IMG/VR virus record: IMGVR_UViG_3300030430_004105
Location: 1 to 64,000 of that record
Origin: a virus
Reading direction: 5' to 3' (one strand)
DNA: 64,000 bases
How positions within the stretch are numbered: position 1 is the stretch's first letter; each line of letters starts with the position of its first letter. Below, one piece after another: positions 18,717 to 33,700 of this stretch. The notes under the pieces were generated by a model. That model was given only the letters and a program-made list of their open reading frames with translations. It ran no database searches and was not told the DNA's origin. The position numbers and the translations under genes were made by a program.

Positions 18717-21700
18717 CTAATATCTGCCATCGATGCCATCGCCTCTGTTGATTCCAGATCCACCAAGTGGATTTGATCCATCGCCTTCACGCTCTACTCT
18801 CCTTCTAGTAGTTTCAGACACTACTAAAGGTTTATTTTCGGCATCTCCACCTTTGGGCGTTCCTCCGCCCCCAGAATCAGTATCGTCAGATGGAAGATAT
18901 TCAAGTATTTTGTTATCAGCATCTATAACCACTTCTGCCTTGTATTCAGGTAAAGAAACAGATGTTGAATCTTCGGATCTTCCACCCACTACTGCTGTGT
19001 TGACACCTACTGTACCAATGTTTTCAGTTGTTATTATCCCTAAATCATAGCCGATAGAGTTGTCTGCATTAGAAGTATCTTTCTCTTCTGCTAGCATGGT
19101 GATATCAACAGAAACTTTGACGTTCTCAACCATAGAAAAGAAGTCATACGGCCAGTTGTATCCTAATTTCATGCTTGATGTTGTATCATCTGAGTTTTGT
19201 TGAGCAAAGCCAAATCTTCCATCTGCTAGATCAGATTCCATTTTCTCGTCATAATTTCTAGCGCCTTTCTGCTTGACTTTGAATATCATCCACTTGACGT
19301 CTTTAAGAGATTCAATTCCGTCTCCGTTTTCATCAAACAGCCCGCCAAGAAGTTCATCAACATTGACATCGTGAGAGATGGTTTCTTGTTTGAATTCAAC
19401 CTTCTTTAGGCTTTCCGTTCTTACGCCCTGCCAGATGCCGTTGAGATCTTCTCTATCTAGGCTCTTTTCAAATTCAAAGATATACATCGGCAAAGGTTCA
19501 ATGTCATTCTCAATGAAATCTAAGTGAGGAGGTAAGTTATATTTTTGCATTTTGTCAATTTGATCCTTGACAGATTGCCCAATTGAACTTTCGAATCCTG
19601 TGCGACTGGCTGGAGTTCTTGCAAGTCTATCTTTGGATACCAGATTATTCTGGAATAGATACTTATCTACTTCGAACTTATCTAGAGTCAAAAATTGTCT
19701 TTCGTTGTCTTCGATTGCAATGTAAGGAATTGCAATAACCGCTTCACGTATTATTTTAGTCTGAGCGGTGACACCCATTTTGACTTTCTCTTGACTAAAC
19801 CCTACCAAATCTGCTAAAGATTTAGTTGAGATTGTAGATCCTTCACTGTGCATAAATTTACCCCATCTAACAGTAGATGCGTTTCTAGCAAAGTTCTTGT
19901 CGTTTTGAGGAGCCATTTGAACTTTATTTTCAAAAGCCAAGCCTGTTCCGCCACCAGCGTTGTATCTTATGCTACCCCTGATAAATGTCGGCTCTGGATA
20001 ATCATACGATGAGGTGGTAGCAGCGGATGGACTTGAGGCAACTGCTGGATTATCTGGTATAAGTTTAAATCTCCTAGTGACTGATCTGCTTTTGAGTCCC
20101 TTAAATTTCTTATTATTTTTCTTCTTTTTTCCTTTTAAGCCAAAGAAATCTCTTCTTTCTTTATCGGACATATCAATTTTGGCAAAAGACTTGATACTTG
20201 GGTTCAGTTCTACCAATTTATCTTCTAACTCTACAGGTACAATCTGTTTTTTGCCGTCAACATCTACGCAAGATATATCTGCTCTATCTGACAAATCTGC
20301 AGACTGATCTGTGTACTTCACTCCAATTGAGAATTCTTTCAAGAAATCTTCGAATAATCCTCTGGAGAAACTACCATAATCAAAACTTAAACTAGCATAA
20401 TCTTTCGCTTCAATCAAAATAGGAGTATATGTGCCTGCCCTGTCATAATTGTAATATGCAGTTGCCCAGTTGCCTTGATAAGATCCACTTGATTTTTGAG
20501 GGTAGGATGCCGATGATGCTGTAGTGTTAATAAACACAGTGTACAAACCACCGGTGAAGGCAGAGTTAGTAGTCAACATGGTTTTATCAGAAGATTGAAT
20601 AATCGTAAACAGCCCACTTGAACTTTGTGCATTCTGGATTGATCCATATACTGCTGTCAATTCTGCAGAATTTAATTCAGCATCTATAATAATCCCATCA
20701 TCTTTGTTTATCAACTGTATAGAACTACCTAGAACAGACAGATCTTCTTTGCCAACCAACTTTCTTCTTATTTCTTGCTTCTTAAAATATGGAAGGATTG
20801 TCTTGCCCGGATTCTTGTTGTAACCCAAGTTAAGCCCTGCACCATCACAATCGTTGATATCTGGCTTGACTACAGTGTATTTTGGATTTGCAATTGTCAG
20901 TTCTGTTCCTAAAATAGTGTAGTCATCTGGAACATCCATCATTTGCATGAAAATACCTCTTTCGTCAGATTCAGGGAATTCACCATACTGGTGCCACATT
21001 CCGATAGGATTCAGGATACCGCTTAGTTCATGAACTGCAGACAAAGAAGAGTGTGCTGCACTCAAAACATCAGGCTCGCTTCTGGTGCCACTCAGGCTCA
21101 TGCTTGCTGTGTGGATGTCAGAAGTGGAAACTTCGCTTTCAAAAGCAGCGTTGTGTGGACGATTCAAGTATTTAGAGAAGTCAAGTATCGGAGTCTCAAA
21201 CTTGGATTCGATTACCCAAGCCTTTCCAGCGTTTTGCTGATTAGTGTCAATTTCAGATATAACTCCTTGACTGCTGTACTTAGCAGGATATACACTGACT
21301 TGCTTGAACAGGTTGAAAGAAGCGTCAATTTGCATTGCATTTTCATTGATGGCGAATCCTTGCGGCCCGAACGTCCCTCTGTCTCCATAAGATCCTGATT
21401 CATGGTTTAACTCATATCTCAAGAAATCCACAGTAGTTTTTTCAAGTATCTCAGAAAGCGTGTGCTTGCCTGCTCTTTCCGGCGTAAATGTGTAGATAGC
21501 CCAAGCCTCTCCATCATAGTACGGAGGCGTAAATGGAGCATTGTAGCCGTTTGTAGAGTCATACATCATATATGTTGTATTGTTATGCTTGCCAGTCAAA
21601 GGTGTGATGTCATCCGTGTCCAAACCTTTAAATTCAACAGCGACACCACCAGCACAAGGAGGGCCGAAAGCATTTGGCTGTGAGTACATTGTGATTGTCT

Positions 21701-24700
21701 CAACTTCTGCATAAGGATTCATTTGAGGACGTGGATAGCCAACTGATTCTAGATCGTACTCTAAGTCAGTGCCAGTCAAGTTCTCATATTCTCTCAAGAA
21801 ATAGTTTGTTCCACTCGGTGGGCGATAATAATATTTATCAACCTTGTTGCTGTCAATATACTTAGTACCCGGAACAGTACCGTCAGTCTTTACGACTTCA
21901 GTGACACCTTTGAACTCAACCCAAGGATGTTGCTTCTTGGACTTATATACTTTGAATATCGAACGATAAACTGGAAGTATTCCTGCATGATTGGCGATAA
22001 CAACACCAAAATCAGGATGATTGTCGGGCTTAGAAATGATTCTAGACGTCTTGCCATCTTCTAAGAAAAATCCAATTGCTTCTGCAAAGAAGTTATTAGA
22101 CATTAGTTTGTAATTTTTATCTCCAATACCATTCCACTCGGTTCTCAAGTTGACTGAGGAACTAATATGCGGATTAGCATCTACAATTCTCTTTGAAGCC
22201 AAGTATGCCTCTGGGTTGATAAGAGTTTCGAAAGGCAATCTGTCATCAAAGTATTCATTGTTGATCATATAGTTTTTACCACCATAGGGATCCGAGAGAG
22301 ACGCTGTGGCAAGTTTTGATGTGATGATAGGGTAATCTACTGCCATACCAGACTTAATGGTGTTATACAGCAATCCCGGCGACATAATGGCATCAAAAAT
22401 TGGACGTGACTGTGCAAATGTATTGTTGTCAGGAAATAGCAAATTGGTGTTGCTCTCGTCTGCTTCTTCAGCCAAGAAGTTTCTTCCATAAGAATCGGCG
22501 AACGCTTCACACATTTGAACAGTTCTAGACTGAGGATAGAATCCATCATAAGGTAAGAAACTCATAATCGCATCACATGTCAAAGTCAGTTTAGCGACAC
22601 TAGCATCTCCTCTGTTTTCTTCAATAAAGTTTTCCATATTTTTTATATCTGAAGATATGGAGTATTCTTTTAGAAATTCATTTCCAGATATGTTTATCGT
22701 ATTGCGATTAACTGTTACGCCGTTATCTGCACTGGTACCAGTTATCTCAAGCCAATAATTCTTCTTGAAATATTCAACCTCAGAAGACTCACCAGCGACT
22801 ATATCCTTTACGTGAGAACTAATTCTGAACTCAGGCACCAAAGAGAAGTGCTTATTGTGTCCTCTGATATTCTCGTACCAAGTATTATAATCATCATCCA
22901 TAGGAGTCAGCCCAGACAAGTCTGGAGTTGTCCATCTAGAAGTATTATCATATAGTCCATCTGTGGCATATCCCAAAGAACGTGTTAGGTTGAAATGGTT
23001 TGATCTTAACTTGTATTCTGCGCTAATTAGCCCAAGACTTGACTTGGCAGTCGGAGATCTCAAAGATCCCGGCGAGGTTAGTACGTGAGGATAGTTGTAC
23101 CTAGGTTGTGGTATTATTTCTCCAAACCTTAACAAAACTGGATCGTATCCTCCGCTCATGCCGGTGGCTGCAAAAGTATTTCCTGTTTCTGTTATTGGAA
23201 TATTTCCTGCAGTTCCCAGCAAAGATGAAGTCATATGTAATCTAGCAGCGTCGCCAACAGGTTCAATAGTCACTGAGGCGATAGAAGCAGACGCTTTGAT
23301 TGATGCTGAGAGATTGTTGAAATAATCGGCGTTCGATATGGTATTCAGATTGTTCACATTTGTTCCACAAAGAACCTGCCCTGCTCCTGCAGATGATCCA
23401 GTTACAAGAGTGAGAGTCACGCCATTAATCGTAATCGTGTCGCCTGCTTTTGCACCAGATTCATCTGATCCACCATCTGTGTTGGCAGCGATCGTGAACC
23501 CAACGCCGTCGGCGCCATTATATACAGATGTTATATCACTGTTAAACAATGCACCAGTTGCAGAAGATGTAATACTAAATGTTGCGATATTATTTGAAGG
23601 CGAAATTGATATTGTGTCAAATACGGTATTATCTTTGATCGACTGCGATAAGTCATTCCAAAACAAAGTGCTTTTTTCTTCGTCAGTTCCAGAGTAGCCA
23701 GAGGCATCAATGAATTTGTCCACTACGGTTGAGGACTCATCTCCATTCAGATCTACTTTAAAAATCAAATTTGTCTCAGTGCCGTCTCCATCTGTGTCAG
23801 TAAAAAATCTGATAAAATCCAAATCTCCAATACCAATTGGTGTAGTTCCGCCTGCAGCACCTTCCAAATTAAAGAAAGTTCTATTATTGGAGGATCTAAC
23901 AAATGCAACGTTTTGAGCGGTACCTGTCACAGATGAGGTTAATTTCATGAATCTTCTGCCAGTAGGCATACCAGAGGTAGAGGAACCGCCTGATCCAAAC
24001 GAAGATGAATTTAATATTTTAAAAGTTAATTCATTTGAAAATGCATTGGCTGATACTCCGGGACTGGCGTTGATCTCATGAACACCGGGTGAAGAATCGT
24101 GAACAATTGTGAAAGTTGTTCCACCAATCGTTATTGTGTCTCCTGCCTTGGCACCAGATTCGTCAGTTCCCCCAGATCCAGCGTCTATAATGTTGTATGA
24201 AAGCCCAGAATTTGCCCCATCTTCTGTAACGTTCGGATTGGAGTTAGTTGTACCAGTAACAGAACTTGTAATAGAAAACAACATCATTCCACCCACAACA
24301 GAACCGGTATTCGCTGTGTGTGTTGTATTACTATTTATTTTAGATCTTAAATTTTCCCAAACAGCAGAACTGGAGTTAACAGAAGAAGATAAAACGTTAA
24401 ATTTGACGCCCGAGTTGTCGCTTGTTGTTGGAGTGAAAGTTTTCGTACCGCCTGTTCCGGGATTAAATATAATAATATCATCACCCGGACGAATACCAGA
24501 TTCATCTGTTCCGTTTGAAAAGTTTGTTCCTGCTGTAAAAGTTGGAGACGAATAAGCAGCGCCGGTTCGATTACCAGTGGCACCAGATTCTGATGAGGTT
24601 ACTGTAAAGGTTGCAGTTCCGTTGAGATTATCAACATATGAGGCAGCGTAGTACCAAGGCGCACTTTCTAGTTGCGCTTTTAAAGCATTCCAAAAATTAG

Positions 24701-27700
24701 TATGAGTGGTGCCGTAAACAGTTGAGTCAAGATATTTACGAGTAGTAGTGTTCTCACTAGTTCGATCACTATAAGCAATGTATAAATATCGAAACTGGCT
24801 GCCAGCGATAGGGAATTTGATACGATCATTCTCTTGTGCACCAACATCATCTTGCCCATTTGAGCCAGAATTTGTCACATTAAATGAAGAGTGTGAAGAT
24901 GTCACCACACCATTGTCAGCCTCTCCTCTGTTCTTGGAAACAATATTGAATGTTGCCTTATTGCCCACAGAAGATCTATTTAAAACTTCCCATCCCGGAA
25001 CAAATCCAGAATTTATCACTGTTTCCATTCTGCTCCAAACATCACTATCAGCGACGCCTACGACATTTACACTAGTGTTTGCAGAGTTGTTGCTTGCCAA
25101 ATTGACAGTTGTTCCATCAATATCTATGGAGTGTCCGGTAGTAGAGCCAGATGGAGCACCTCCTCCAGTTGCTGTATTGATAGTAACTTGAGTTGAGGCT
25201 TCATACAAAAAGTATGCGTTGCCTCCACCAGCGTTGACGGAATCAACACGTATTTCATTTGTGTTTTGCAAAGTAGCAACAACATTGACAAGACTGGAAT
25301 TGTTGATTGCGGAAACTATTTTGTTGTACAGATTGGCTGTGTTTGTGTAGTCTGTTATTTCAATATTCACTGGGTTCAAGGTATGTCCTGCACCTGCAGT
25401 GTCCGTACCATTACCAAAATCATTAATATTAATATAAAGATAATTACCATCATTAATGACGGCTCCAGTTGTATAATCATTACCTTTTCTTATTTGTATA
25501 GATGCAGCATATGGAGCAACTCCAAGCCCAGAAGCCGCATTTCCACCAGTAAAGTTTGCACTAGTGCCAAAATCGTTAAATGTATTGGCAAACATCGATC
25601 CTGTATCAAGTGTTACAGCATCATTATCCGTCTCCTGAACGTTTCTTGTGACAACATAAGTCGCTTGATTACTAAGAGTGGTATAATTGGCGCTGGCAAT
25701 TTCTGAGTCTGATTCGAGAGAGTATTCAAGGTGATTGAAGTAATGTTCAGTGCTTGCAGTGTAGTGAACTAGCGAACTTAAACCAGTTGTATAAGGAACT
25801 GGCCTACCTTCGTGAACAACCCCAAATGTCAAGTTAACATTACTATTGTGACTAGGAGTAACAAAAGTCAAGTTTTCATCTTTTATAGTATATGCCTGTG
25901 AATCTACGCCAGTTACAGGCGTAGTAATACCTGATAAAGTTTTTTCTGCTCCAAGCACTGTTGAAGGTGTGGCATTAAAATTTGGCATGTCGCCAGTGGA
26001 TGGATTATCTTGTCCTCCAGAAAATACCCACCAAGACAAACAATTTGAAAAATATTTAGGATGTGTTTGGAGATTTCTTGCATAACCCTTATTGTATATT
26101 TCTTCGATGTCTGTAAAGCCCAAAAGTGTGTCCCAAATCGATAAATGCGCTAAGCAGCCTTGTAGTTCAAAATTTGAACTATTAACAAATGGACTATCAG
26201 CGACAAAAATAGAGTTCACCTCTCTCAAGGCTCCAGTATTAGATTTCGATGTAGTGTCGTAACTTTGAAGAGCACTGTTAATTCTCAATTCTGGATCATT
26301 TTGTATACTATCGACATCAAAAGTAATTGAAAAGAACTGAAATCTAGTTGTTTTCATTATACCTTCTTTCTTCCATTCATTATAGTAGCCACTAGAATTG
26401 TACATGCGAATGTACAAATCATCATATTGATAGTATACCACTATTGTTTGATCTGAAGGGGTAGTATCTTTGCTGTCCTCAGCAAAACTAAGAATATATT
26501 GATTTGTGCTACTAGCGATATTGTCAGACTTTAACCAAAAGCAAACTGTGAAATCTCCGGAGATAGTATATGAATCATTGTGGACATCCATTCTTTGAGC
26601 CAAACCGGTGGATGTCCATCGCCATGATCTAGATCTTTGCTGAGCAATCAAAAAATCTCGTGGCGTGTAAACGTTCGCAGTACCATCACCAGCGAAAGTA
26701 TATACATTACCTTCATCTAGAGGGCTTGAGTGCTTTATCTTGTGAGTTCCTCCTTTAATATTTACATTAGAGTTGGAAACGATTTCGCCGCTTATTGTGT
26801 TATGCTGAGCGCCGAAGTATGTGGTTGAACTAAATGGCTCATAAGTAGTTGTAGTTTCACCGACAGTTACGTCTTTAGTGATGTCATATGCTGTTGGCAA
26901 ATCATAGCCTACATCGTCTGCTAGAATCCTAACTGTACTGGAATTTCCGAAAACTTCTGCTGTATATGGCTGTGAATTTGCGGTAAAACTAGCGTTTAAT
27001 TTTTCTACCCATGCTAGCCCGAACTCTTGATCCGATTTTAAATTTTTGTTTGAGTATGACGCTTCAGATCTTAACAACTCTACGGCGGTGGCGGTGGACG
27101 GAGTAATTGACAAGTGATTTGTTCCGCCTCCGATATCTGTGATGTCTCCAGATGATATATCGTCAGAAACATAATTTCCCGGACTCCAATAAGTAACTAA
27201 GTTTGTACTAGGAGCCAAGTCATTTAAACTTGTCCATTCTCCACTATTATAATAGTCTGTTTCACTTGGGGCACTGGTGCTATCATATATGCCTATTTCT
27301 CCGATTGATAGATCAAAATTTGTGCTGTTGTCTCCGACGAAATAATTTCCAGCAGGAGCACTTGGCGCATACGTGTTGATAACAACGCCGTTATAGGTTG
27401 TTGTCTTGGTGGTGTATTCTGTGCCATCACTGTATGCACTCCATTCTTCAGTAGCAGGATTTGTATCAGAAATTGATAACTTAATGGCATGCCAAGCGTT
27501 GTTTCCGTTCGTACTGAATGCGAAAAAATTGGTAAACCGTGTCTCAATGTAATTACTATTAGAGTTTTGATAGTATCGTCTGCATATTAAGTGATTATTG
27601 GCGCCAGACTTTTGGTAAAGTATTTCAATCGCATGAGTACCTGAACCAGTGCGATAAATCTTTAAAATATTATATGTACCGTCAGCAGATGGGTTGATTC

Positions 27701-30700
27701 CAGTTTTATTCTTCATCGTAAACAAAATGGTAGTACCCTGATCGTTTGTGAATCCGCTAAAACCGCCTCCAGAAAGCATTGAGTTTGATGTAATCTTTAT
27801 AAAACTAACTGGATTATACACTGGGATATGAATATTACTAGCGTAGTTGTCTGTATGATCATTATTATCAGTTACAATGTGATATGTTTGTGTCTTGAAA
27901 GTTAATCCGGTTTCATGATAGTTAGAAGGAGTTGAAGTAATAGTTGAGATACTTTTCGGAGAAAATATGAATGCAAATCTATCTCCATATCTTGGTATAG
28001 CCAATACTTTTAAATTTGCAGTAGCGGCAGAACCTGCCGTGTATCCGCCACCAGAAAAAGTGAAAATTTGCTGTGTTGTAGAGCCAGCGAAACTTGCCCC
28101 ACTCATCTCAAAAGAAGCGGTAGAAAATTGTCCAACAGTTGTCGCTCCTGTGACATTAAATTGAAGGGACGCACTAGCAGCAGGGACATGCGCTCCAGAG
28201 ACATAGAATTTTGAAATATGACGTGTTCCCAGAACAGTTGCAGAAGAAGTGAACTCAAATGATCCAGTTGCTTTAACGCCCGTAGGAGTCATGCCGTGGA
28301 CTGTGAAAGAGCCAGAAGAATGCTTTCCAAAAACTGTTGCTTTTGTGGTTATAATAGATCCAGTTGCTGTAGATCCAGTAACTAATACTGTCTGTAATCC
28401 GTTATGAAAATGATGATCTTGATTCTGCAGAACACCGGGTGCTCCGGCAGAGTTTGATGCAGCCACTTTAGGACTAGAACTGGTAAAGTTAATTCTAGAA
28501 TCCATGTTCCATATTGACTGCGAAGGGATGATGTTTGTCAATTGCCCTGAATCAATGAAGGTTTTTGTTTGGCTGTTTATCGCTTCTTTTGAGAATAATG
28601 ATGCAGTAACGTTTTGTTGCCTTCTTCCTACTTCGTCCAGCCCTAGATAAGAGTTTTCTCCAGTGTCTGTGTTGTAAAGAACGTTCTCGCCATCTGTCCA
28701 AAACTTAGATACAAAGTAGTGTCTATGTCTTACATTATATTTTGTGTGCTTCAAGAAATCAGGGAATAGATTTTGTCTAACTCTAATTGCTTTCAGCGAG
28801 AATGCCTCATGATCTTCATTCTTGTAGTATCCCAGAACGTTATCATAGATCGTCTCATTGACACTTGGATTAACTCCTTCTTCGTCAAACTTGGTGTTAT
28901 CAAAATGATACTTCATGTTCACGTAAGGATGCACAAAGCGAAAGATCTCGTCTTTGAATTTCATAGTTGTGTATATGGGAATGTTTTCTGTGATTCTAGA
29001 TTCTTCAATTGTTTCCGCAGTACCGTCTGTCTCTAGGCTATATCCATAAGATTTTTTGTTGACTACGTTCTTGTTTGTGTCGTTGTTTCTGACTTGTTCC
29101 CAAGAAGGGTAGCCATATACAGTGGTACCTGTCATTCTTTGGTTAGTGACACTTTGGCTCACCACAGCATAGTTGATGTTTTCGTGTGGATATATAGAAG
29201 ATGTCCCACTTGGCTCTGAGAAATCTGATAAGATGTGCCCAGCAAGTGAAGATGTAGCCAATGAAGCAGTGTGTGATGCTTTAACCCACTTGTATTGGAA
29301 GTCAGACTGTGGAATCTGATGCTGTATCCAGTAGTTGTCAAAGTCTTTCTCGCCTTCTGAAGCGTCCCATTTTGGGTTTCTATTGACTTTATGATATGCA
29401 GGATTGGTACCGCCCAATACAGAATCAATTCCAAACTGTGCTGCATGACGTGTCAAGTGCACAACAAGTCCAAAGCGATTACCGTGAATATCTACGAGCC
29501 TAATCGTGCCAGATTCTCCAGAGCCTGAGCCTCTAACTTGCAAGTTCCGGAAAGGGAGAGAGTTGTATGCAGACTTTTCTTTGCCGAACATGTCTAAGAA
29601 TACTTCTGACATTGTTTCGAAACCTCCGGGAGCAGAGAAGCGATTTACTATAACAGATTTTCCTGTACCAGCAACTGAATTCTCTGTTGTAGTTTTGACA
29701 CCGCCCAGATACAAACTCGAAGTGTTGAAGTTAGATGCTAAATTACCGTTCCCACCTACACCCCTAGAGATCAAACTTGCTTCTAAGTTAGTCTCTGGTA
29801 AGGCTGAATTGATGGGATTGTGCAAATTACTGTCACCTATGTCTCTAAATCTTGTTTTGTTTACAGATCTCCCGAACGTATGAACAAACTGATATGTCTT
29901 CTGGTAGTTACCAACTGCTCTTTCAGATGTTTTGATGTTCTTGATATTAACAGGGCGTTTTGCTCTTTCGTCTCGATAGTATCTAGCCTTTGCTTGATTA
30001 ACATAAAAGTGAGGCGGTGTAGAGAAACTAGAATTAGGAACAGGATAATCTGCCCCAACAATACCAATAGAACCAGATTCGTTAAGGATATTGTTGATCA
30101 ATATTTTATAACCTTCGGCACGGTTTGTGGGCGAGTCAGATCCTCTGTTTATGTTACTGTGTCTAGATTGATGTCCTCCAACCCATCTCTCTGTAAATGG
30201 AGACTGCATTGGAATTTCGTTCGTGTTATCCGTTGTATCGGAATGAACATTAACAATGTCAATATTTTGATTACCTCCGGGGATTCCGTTAACTTCTGCT
30301 GAGTATCCAGTGGTGACAGACGAAGACATGATGTTGAATGGCATAACCATGCCACCCTTGAAAAGCCCGTCATGTCCACCAGACATGGCGTGATGAAACG
30401 CTGTGAAACCATCAATGGCACTGAATGCTCTCTTGATCTTCTCTGTTACTGGACGTTCATCTGTGCAATCTTTCAAAGACTGGAACATGTCGCTGTTCGC
30501 AACAACGTATCTCAAAGGGAAAGCACCAAATTGTCCATATAGTAGTGGATACTCAGCGGCTTCTTTTGTGGCACTCCAGATGTAATCTCTTTTCTTGTTA
30601 TCTTCGTAGTTAATTCCGCCATGTATGACTCTATCTCTTTTCACTGCAAAGTGTTGCGGTGTTGTAAAAGAACGATTCAAGACTGAATTTCTGGCTTGAA

Positions 30701-33700
30701 ATACTTTAACACGAGTATTGTTAGAGCCAGATGCCGATCCAGATAAAGGAGGACGATCTCTCTCTGCTCTCTCAAGCCACCAAAAACAGTTTTTGTTCTC
30801 AGGAGTTCCGCCAACTGGAGCATGTCCTTGCTTCCATGGATATAGGTGACGGTTAATCGTGTTCATGCCACCTTCTGGTGTTGGAGCCTTGAATTCAATC
30901 GTGGGGAACTTATTGGTGTATTTGTCTCTAGAGAAGACGTAGTTCTCGATAACATTATTAACACCATCAGAATGGGCTAAGGATGCAGGTACAAGCGCTA
31001 CTAGCATCTCGCCTAGTGCATCATCCAACCATTTGTAGTAATCGATGTATTTGTCCAAATCGGGCTCGTTAGACACCCTTTCGAAGAAGAGTTGACGCAA
31101 CTTGGACAGAGCCTTATACTCCATTCTGTATTTGTCAACAGGGCGTCCAATAAGATTATTGAAGTCTGTCACTGATGACATAAAGTTTATCATCTCTTGT
31201 GACACTGTTTGCGCCATGGACTTCTCAAAAGCGATGTAATATTCTTGTGGAAGTGTCTCTTTTGTGAAGACGATATCATCTTGAGTTCTGATCTCGATCA
31301 TGTCATCGCCTTGGAGGATCTCAGGATAAGTTGATCTTGCCGCTGTGATGTAATCTACATCTATAGCCTTCTCGTCACTGACAGGCATGAAATCTAACTT
31401 ACCAAAATAAAATTTGTTCTTTACTGCTTCAAAGTTGGCGTTGTATTTGACTGGTGCCGAGCCACTTGAAGCGTCTAGCACTATCGCCTGTCCGCTTGAA
31501 TCTGTCTTCGAGAGAGTTGAAAAATTCCAGTTAAGCACCAAAGTATCGATTTCTGGTACTTTTGGAGAGTTTGCATCAGTCTGTGCCAGATATGCTGATC
31601 TAAATGGAGAGTTGGCGCCATAATTTCTGCTATCGGAACTGTGTCTTTTGAGAGTTTCGTTCGATAACTCACTGTACCATAACCTAGTGAAACCTAATTT
31701 GATATCACTTCTGTCTACCAGAGATCCAGTGAAGTTTGTTCTTTTCGCTCCAGCGTAGATTCTTTTTGAATTTACTAGGAATGAGTGAGCACTGGCAGAT
31801 GCCACAGAAGAAGTAAGCACAAACGAGTTCAACTCAGAACTATCAACTGTGTTATATCCTATGAAGTGCAATTTATAATTACCATCATCTGAGGACGATA
31901 CTAAATTTGCAGTAGGGTGTTTGTCGTTTACTATCTTGAAAGCGAGAAGCCATTCGTTATTGTCATACATCCCATCATATAGAGAAGAAGAAAGGTGAAC
32001 ACCCAGTGCAGATGAACTCAAGTGAAATTTAACTCTTTTTGATTCAGTCTCATCTCTCTCCACGTACATTTGCATGTCGCACTTATCAGGATTTGCTATG
32101 GCATAATTTGTATTTGATGTAGCCTGATGCATACCAGCAATCACAGACTTTGTAAAAGGGGTGGCGAATCCAAACGGTTCATCAAAAGGCAACTTATTAG
32201 GCAATATTATCTGTGTTTCGAAAGTCAAAGGTATGAACTTTTCAAAATTAGACGTAGAGCCGGTTATGAAACTAATGTTAGATCCAGAAGGTATCTGGTA
32301 TATAGAGGCATTAAATCGATCTGGGTTGTTGAAATCAATAAACTTCTCTTTAACAGATCTAATAGAGTACCTGTCTTTTAATTCAAATTCTACATTGTTG
32401 CCGTAAAAATTAATCTTAACAACTTCTTCGTCAATACCAAATGCATGCAGTATGTTACGGAAACCTTTGTTAGTTCCCTTTTCTTTATATGTGTTTATTA
32501 GTCCAGAATACACATTTTGGTAAATCTGGTTCTTCACGTCGTGAAGTTTCATCTCGTAATTTTCATCTTCGCTTCTTTTGGCAAGTTTTTCTAGCACGGT
32601 AGCATCAGAAAACAATTCAGGGGCAACAAAACTAGCATTTGTTAAAAGCCTGTCAGCGAATGGAAGAGGCTTGACTGATCCAGAAGTGCTAGTATTTCCA
32701 TACTCATCGCCTGTTTTTGTTTGAAAATGTGCGTATATATCTTTCAGGCGATTAACTTCTCTTATATGCAGGTGCATATTGTCAAAATAAGATGCAATAA
32801 TTTGCGTTAGGTTCCTAAGATTTCCTTCTTTGACATCATCGTCTTCTAGAATCCATTGTGGCATTGTGTGAAAAATCGATGAGTTGTTGTACATATCGTA
32901 GTGTGATCCAGACGCCTCTAGTTCGGATAGAGTAGAAATGTAATCTGGATGGTTAGAACGGATGGTTGGATCTTTAAATTCTTTATCTATGACTTTTGCC
33001 AATACCATGGCAGAATCAGTGCTTCTCGCACCAGACACATAACCCGTCCAAGCGCCATTTGAAACTCTACCAGAATAGTCTAGAACATTTGAGTCGAAAC
33101 TAGCAGTCTGAGTGATTCCTTCATTGAATTTGTAATATACGCCAAGTTTAGTATTAGCCTCATCAGTGTTTGTTCCACCACCGATTGTATTCCAATAATA
33201 TCTACCAATTTGTTTTGCAGTTCTCTCGGTTTTCCAATATCTGAACTCGTCTAGCGAGCCTGAGAACTTACCTGCACCTGTCTGAATGGTAGGAGATCCA
33301 GAAGGAGCGGTTTGTAGCGCCCCAATAAATGAAATTATCGATCCTGTTATATTATTAAGAGCGGCAGATGAAATTGTCTGTTGATGGTTTAGTGCTCCGT
33401 TAATATACAGATTGGTTGACAGGTTAGAGCCTGTATTCTTCAAAGACAAGGCAATGTGAGTCCAATCTGTAATTGATGATGTTGTAACATTTTGCCCACA
33501 AGACTGATTCTGTATGCCGTTTGTTCCGCTCAAAGCAGTAAATAAGAACGGAGAACCGGCAGCAGCACCAGTAAGTTCTAATCGAAACCTACCATACTGT
33601 GCTGAACTGGACGGCTGTCCGTTCCACAAGTCAAATAAAACCTCTTTTTCTGTTTTTGATGTGTCAAAAGCAGGCTTTTTTACCCACATTTCAACCGTAA

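Noticed and set aside
23139-25150. DNA-level tandem repeat or diversity-generating retroelement target in the giant gene
   Set aside because: Repeats are diverged at the nucleotide level and evident mainly in protein; no reverse transcriptase or adenine-specific TR/VR pair seen.
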